64,000 nt of DNA from Candidatus Omnitrophota bacterium (GTDB lineage Bacteria; Omnitrophota; Gorgyraeia; Zapsychrales; Aceulaceae): positions 87,084 through 151,083 of the forward strand of contig JAKQPK010000023.1 in the NCBI GenBank assembly GCA_029564765.1, written 5' to 3'. A program made the position numbers and the translations under genes. The notes below the pieces were generated by a model that saw nothing but the letters and a program-made list of their open reading frames with translations, was not told where the DNA came from and did no database searches. Each line of letters starts with the position of its first letter. Position 1 is the stretch's first letter. Below, in pieces: positions 60,664-64,000 of this stretch.

Positions 60664-61680
60664 TTACAAATCCCGTCCGATCGCCAAAGCGACTTTCTTT
60701 AGTTCCCTAACAAGGCTGCTGAAGCCTTGGGGGATCAGCGACTGAACGCCGTCGGACATTGCTTCTTCCGGATGATCATGGACCTCAACGATCAAACCAT
60801 CCGCGCCAGCGGCAACCGCCGCGCGTGAAGCACTCGCGACCAGGCTGCGGCGCCCTGTCGCATGACTGGGGTCAACCACGATCGGCAAGTGGGAAAGCTC
60901 TTTGACAACAGCAACCGCGTTAATGTCCAAGGTGTTGCGCGTTTGTGTCTCAAATGTACGGATACCGCGCTCACATAAGATCACGTCAAAATTTCCCTCT
61001 GAAAGAATGTATTCTGCCGACATCAACCACTCTTTGATCGTTGCGCTAATGCCTCTTTTTAACATAACAGGTTTCTTTGTCTTGCCGAGTTCCCGCAACA
61101 AAGTAAAATTCTGCATATTGCGCGCGCCGACCTGCAAGACATCAACATACTTGACCATCAATGGAATGTCGCGTGGATCGACGACTTCGGAAACGGTAGC
61201 GATGCCGTACTTTTCAGAAGCTTCTTTCAAATATTTAAGCCCTTCCTCGCCTAATCCTTGAAAATCATAAGGAGATGTCCGAGGCTTGAACGCCCCACCG
61301 CGTAAAACACTGGCCCCCGCCTTCTTGATCTTCGCAGCGATGGCAAGAAGTGTTTTGCGGTTCTCGACAGCGCAAGGCCCAGCCATAAGGACAACCTTTC
61401 TATCTCCAATCCTTAAGTCTTTGCGAATAGCGATCCTTGAGCTTTCCTTCTTGAATTCCCGCGAGACAAGCCGATAAGGAGCCAAAACCGGCATAACCTC
61501 TTCAACGCCTGGAAAGACCTCAAGAGGTGTAACGCGCAGGACATCTTCAGGCCCTATGAGCCCAATGATCGTGCGCTCAACCCCTCGCGAAACATGCGCT
61601 TTCAATCCTAAATTTTTTGTTTTCTCAAGAATATGCTGGATCTGTTTTTCTGTTGCCTGTGGTTTTAGAACGACGATCAT
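60664..61680 (-). CDS. aroF: DAHP synthase type I-beta with N-terminal ACT domain
   Basis: AGPCAVE, KPRTSPY.FQG, GARNMQN, CERGIR and DPSH motifs. Confidence 0.93.
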   Translation of the reverse strand: MIVVLKPQATEKQIQHILEKTKNLGLKAHVSRGVERTIIGLIGPEDVLRVTPLEVFPGVEEVMPVLAPYRLVSREFKKESSRIAIRKDLRIGDRKVVLMAGPCAVENRKTLLAIAAKIKKAGASVLRGGAFKPRTSPYDFQGLGEEGLKYLKEASEKYGIATVSEVVDPRDIPLMVKYVDVLQVGARNMQNFTLLRELGKTKKPVMLKRGISATIKEWLMSAEYILSEGNFDVILCERGIRTFETQTRNTLDINAVAVVKELSHLPIVVDPSHATGRRSLVASASRAAVAAGADGLIVEVHDHPEEAMSDGVQSLIPQGFSSLVRELKKVALAIGRDL

Positions 61681-62762
61681 AAGATCTCCTTTAAGGCTTG
61701 AATAAATTTTTTATTTTCTTTTGGGGTCCCGATAGAAACGCGAATAAAATTCTCTAGTCCCCAGAAACCCATATCACGCACGATCACACCCTTGCGTAAA
61801 AGCTTCTGCGTGGCCGCTAAGCTATCGGTCTTCAGGTCGATCAAGACAAAATTCGTGACACTTTCAACGAATGGAACCTTCAGCTTTTGAAGGTCCTTGC
61901 ACATTCTCTGTTTTTCCTGGTTTAGGCCGCGGATCATTTTCATATATCGCGGCTTGTCCCCAAGCGCTGCCAATGCCGCCGCCTGGGCCAACGTATTCAC
62001 ATTGAAAGGTTCTCTGACACGATTAAGGATGTCGATCATCTCTTTGCTGGCAACGCCATAGCCAACGCGCAATCCAGCCAAGCTGTACGCTTTAGAAAAA
62101 GTCCGGGTCAGGATCACGTTGGGATATTGCTTAAGTAAACGCAAGCTATTGGGATAATCTTTTTTGCCAACGAACTCATAATAAGCTTCATCAAAGAAGA
62201 CAATGATATTTTCAGGTAAGCCTTTCAAGAAGTCCTCTACTTCACACTGTGTTACGTAGGTCCCGGTCGGATTATTAGGATTGGCGATAAAGATGATCTT
62301 TGTTCTTTCCGTGACAGCCTGACGAATCGCCTGAAGGTCGTAGCGAAAATCCTTTAAAGGCACTAAGCGAATGTTCGCTCCAGAGATCTTGGTCGCGATC
62401 TCGTAGATAAGGAATGTCGGATGCGCGGTTATGATCTCATCGCCTTCCGCGGCGAATGCTTTTGTTACCAAGACAATGATCTCGTCAGAGCCGTTGCCGA
62501 AAACTAGCTGATCAGTATCAACACCCAACTGCTTAGCGATCGCCTGGCGTAAACAAAAACAATTACCGTCAGGATAACGGTTCAGCTCCTTTAATTCCTT
62601 GATGATCGCCTTTAAAACCTTCGGTGTCGGCGGATAAGGATTTTCATTGGAAGCAAGCTTATAGACTTCTTTCAATCCCAACTCGCGCTTGACCTCTTCA
62701 ATGGGTTTTCCAGGAAGATAAGGTTTCACATTTAAGATATTCTTTTTGACAATATTTCTCAT
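61677..62762 (-). CDS. hisC: Histidinol-phosphate/aromatic aminotransferase
   Basis: KLASNEN, GNGSDE, NPNNPTG, DEAY and RTFSK.Y.LAG.R motifs. Confidence 0.92.
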   Translation of the reverse strand: MRNIVKKNILNVKPYLPGKPIEEVKRELGLKEVYKLASNENPYPPTPKVLKAIIKELKELNRYPDGNCFCLRQAIAKQLGVDTDQLVFGNGSDEIIVLVTKAFAAEGDEIITAHPTFLIYEIATKISGANIRLVPLKDFRYDLQAIRQAVTERTKIIFIANPNNPTGTYVTQCEVEDFLKGLPENIIVFFDEAYYEFVGKKDYPNSLRLLKQYPNVILTRTFSKAYSLAGLRVGYGVASKEMIDILNRVREPFNVNTLAQAAALAALGDKPRYMKMIRGLNQEKQRMCKDLQKLKVPFVESVTNFVLIDLKTDSLAATQKLLRKGVIVRDMGFWGLENFIRVSIGTPKENKKFIQALKEIL

Positions 62763-63823
62763 ATATCCTCTTGAGGGTACGATCCAACAACTTTTAAATA
62801 TTTACACATCCCTTCCAGCTGCCCTAAGGCTTTTTTAACCTTCGCATCATCCCGATGTCCGATCAAATCGACAAAAAAGTAGTAATCCCATGCCTTCTTC
62901 TTTGAAGGCCGTGATTCGATCTTGGTCAGATTGATACCTAGCTTTCGAAATGGAACAAGCATGTCATGCAACGCGCCCACCTTGTCTTTAATAGAAAAGA
63001 TCAAGGACGTCTTATCCTTTCCGGTAGGGGGAACATCCTGCCTGGCGATCACAAAAAAACGCGTCATGTTGTGCGCCATATCTTGAATATTCTCACGGAT
63101 GATCGGCACCTCGTAAACCTTGGCGGCTAAACTAGAGGCGATCGCCGCGGAATACCGTTGCTTCGCGGCTTTCTGAGCAGCCTCCGTGTTGGACGCTACC
63201 CAGATCTGGCCAGCCGTTGGCAAGTTCGCGGCAAGCCAATGACGGCACTGCCCGAACGATTGCGGGTTAGAGTAGATCGTCTTAACGTCTTTGAGATTCT
63301 CTTTGGATAACAAGTGCTGTTCAACCTTGATCGTTGTCTGCGCGCAGATCCTCAGGTCGGAATCCACCAACATGTCGCAGGTATGCGTTACCGCGCCTTC
63401 GATGGAATTCTCGACAGGAACAACGCCATAGTCGCAGTCGCCATGGTCTACTTTCTGAAAGACCTCATCGATGCTGTTACACGCAACGTACTCAACCTGC
63501 GAACCAAACTTTTTGTTGGCCGCCATATGCGTAAAAGATCCCTGCGTCCCAAGGAAAGAAATACGCAAAGCTTTCTCTAAGGACAAAGAACCTGACATGA
63601 TCTCACGGTAGATCGCCTCCAGCGTCGATGCGGTCATAGGGCCGCGATTAGCGCCCTTAACGCTGTCAAAAACCTGCTTTTCTCTGTCCGGGGCATAAAT
63701 TCCTTTTTGATGCTTTTTCTTTTCATGGCCAATGGCAAGGCTCGCCCTCGCGCGCTCATTGAGCAAACGCACGATCTTTCCGTCAAGAACATCAATCTTT
63801 TTACGCAACGTTGGGATGCTCAT
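62759..63823 (-). CDS. pheA: Chorismate mutase/prephenate dehydratase (P-protein)
   Basis: LR..ID..D CM domain, PVENS.EG, N.TRF and IESRP ACT motifs; ATG 63823 has SD GGAGG. Confidence 0.94.
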   Translation of the reverse strand: MSIPTLRKKIDVLDGKIVRLLNERARASLAIGHEKKKHQKGIYAPDREKQVFDSVKGANRGPMTASTLEAIYREIMSGSLSLEKALRISFLGTQGSFTHMAANKKFGSQVEYVACNSIDEVFQKVDHGDCDYGVVPVENSIEGAVTHTCDMLVDSDLRICAQTTIKVEQHLLSKENLKDVKTIYSNPQSFGQCRHWLAANLPTAGQIWVASNTEAAQKAAKQRYSAAIASSLAAKVYEVPIIRENIQDMAHNMTRFFVIARQDVPPTGKDKTSLIFSIKDKVGALHDMLVPFRKLGINLTKIESRPSKKKAWDYYFFVDLIGHRDDAKVKKALGQLEGMCKYLKVVGSYPQEDI

Positions 63824-64000
63824 CCGTTCCTCCATCGCTTACCACATCTTTTAATTGTTCCGCTGATGTTGCCTGATCTTCCTCTACAGCAGGCTCTAAT
63901 GCTTCATGCGCTGGCTGCGATTGGATCTGCTCAGACTCTATCACATCTTTTTCATCTAATGGCAGCATGTCTCCTGCTGTCGGAGAATACTCTGCGGCCT
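63801..64000 (-). CDS. 3' end of an upstream gene with an acidic low-complexity tail (identity not determinable; ScpB-like tail is only a guess)
   Basis: Open frame AAEYSPTAGDMLPLDEKDVIESEQ...DGGTDEHPNVA* ending at TAA 63801, overlapping the pheA start. Confidence 0.55.
   Translation of the reverse strand, partial: AAEYSPTAGDMLPLDEKDVIESEQIQSQPAHEALEPAVEEDQATSAEQLKDVVSDGGTDEHPNVA

Noticed and set aside
87-63580. All plus-strand ORFs in the track (e.g. 2139-2627, 19840-20499, 37048-37515)
   Set aside because: They lie antisense to well-conserved minus-strand genes and have no recognisable motifs; these are shadow ORFs.

Overview
A 64-kb core-genome segment of a diderm bacterium. Sequence style and gene order suggest the PVC superphylum, possibly Ca. 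Omnitrophota; this is inference, not searched. All roughly 68 CDSs and 2 tRNAs I can support are on the minus strand. In transcription order (right to left): pheA-hisC-aroF-tyrA-cmk-lepA-lepB-small lipoprotein-pgsA-plsY; a structured 350-nt intergenic region plus a 109-aa orphan; yggS-proC-mtnP-ileS-dksA-like-lspA-lgt-rluD; a coiled-coil membrane protein and aroA; mreBCD-mrdA-rodA; a type IVa pilus cluster (stand-alone MshEN-like domain, two tandem PilB ATPases, pilC, an exported coiled-coil orphan, pilin, pilMNOPQ); rng-rplU-obgE-proBA-nadD-phosphohexomutase-plsC; rpsA-tyrS; and tRNA-Thr-rpmG-tRNA-Trp-secE-nusG-rplKAJL-rpoBC-rpsLG-fusA-tuf-rpsJ-rplCDWB (partial). No mobile element, CRISPR array or rRNA was seen. 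Best leads: (1) the pilus motor module, with two differently degenerated PilB paralogs and a split-off N-domain protein; (2) the 55-kb module of duplicated operator/-35 repeats, an antisense-polarised hairpin and an orphan gene; (3) strong GATC/GCGATCGC enrichment; (4) rpmA (bL27) missing from its usual slot next to an ObgE with remodelled ribosome-contacting loops.
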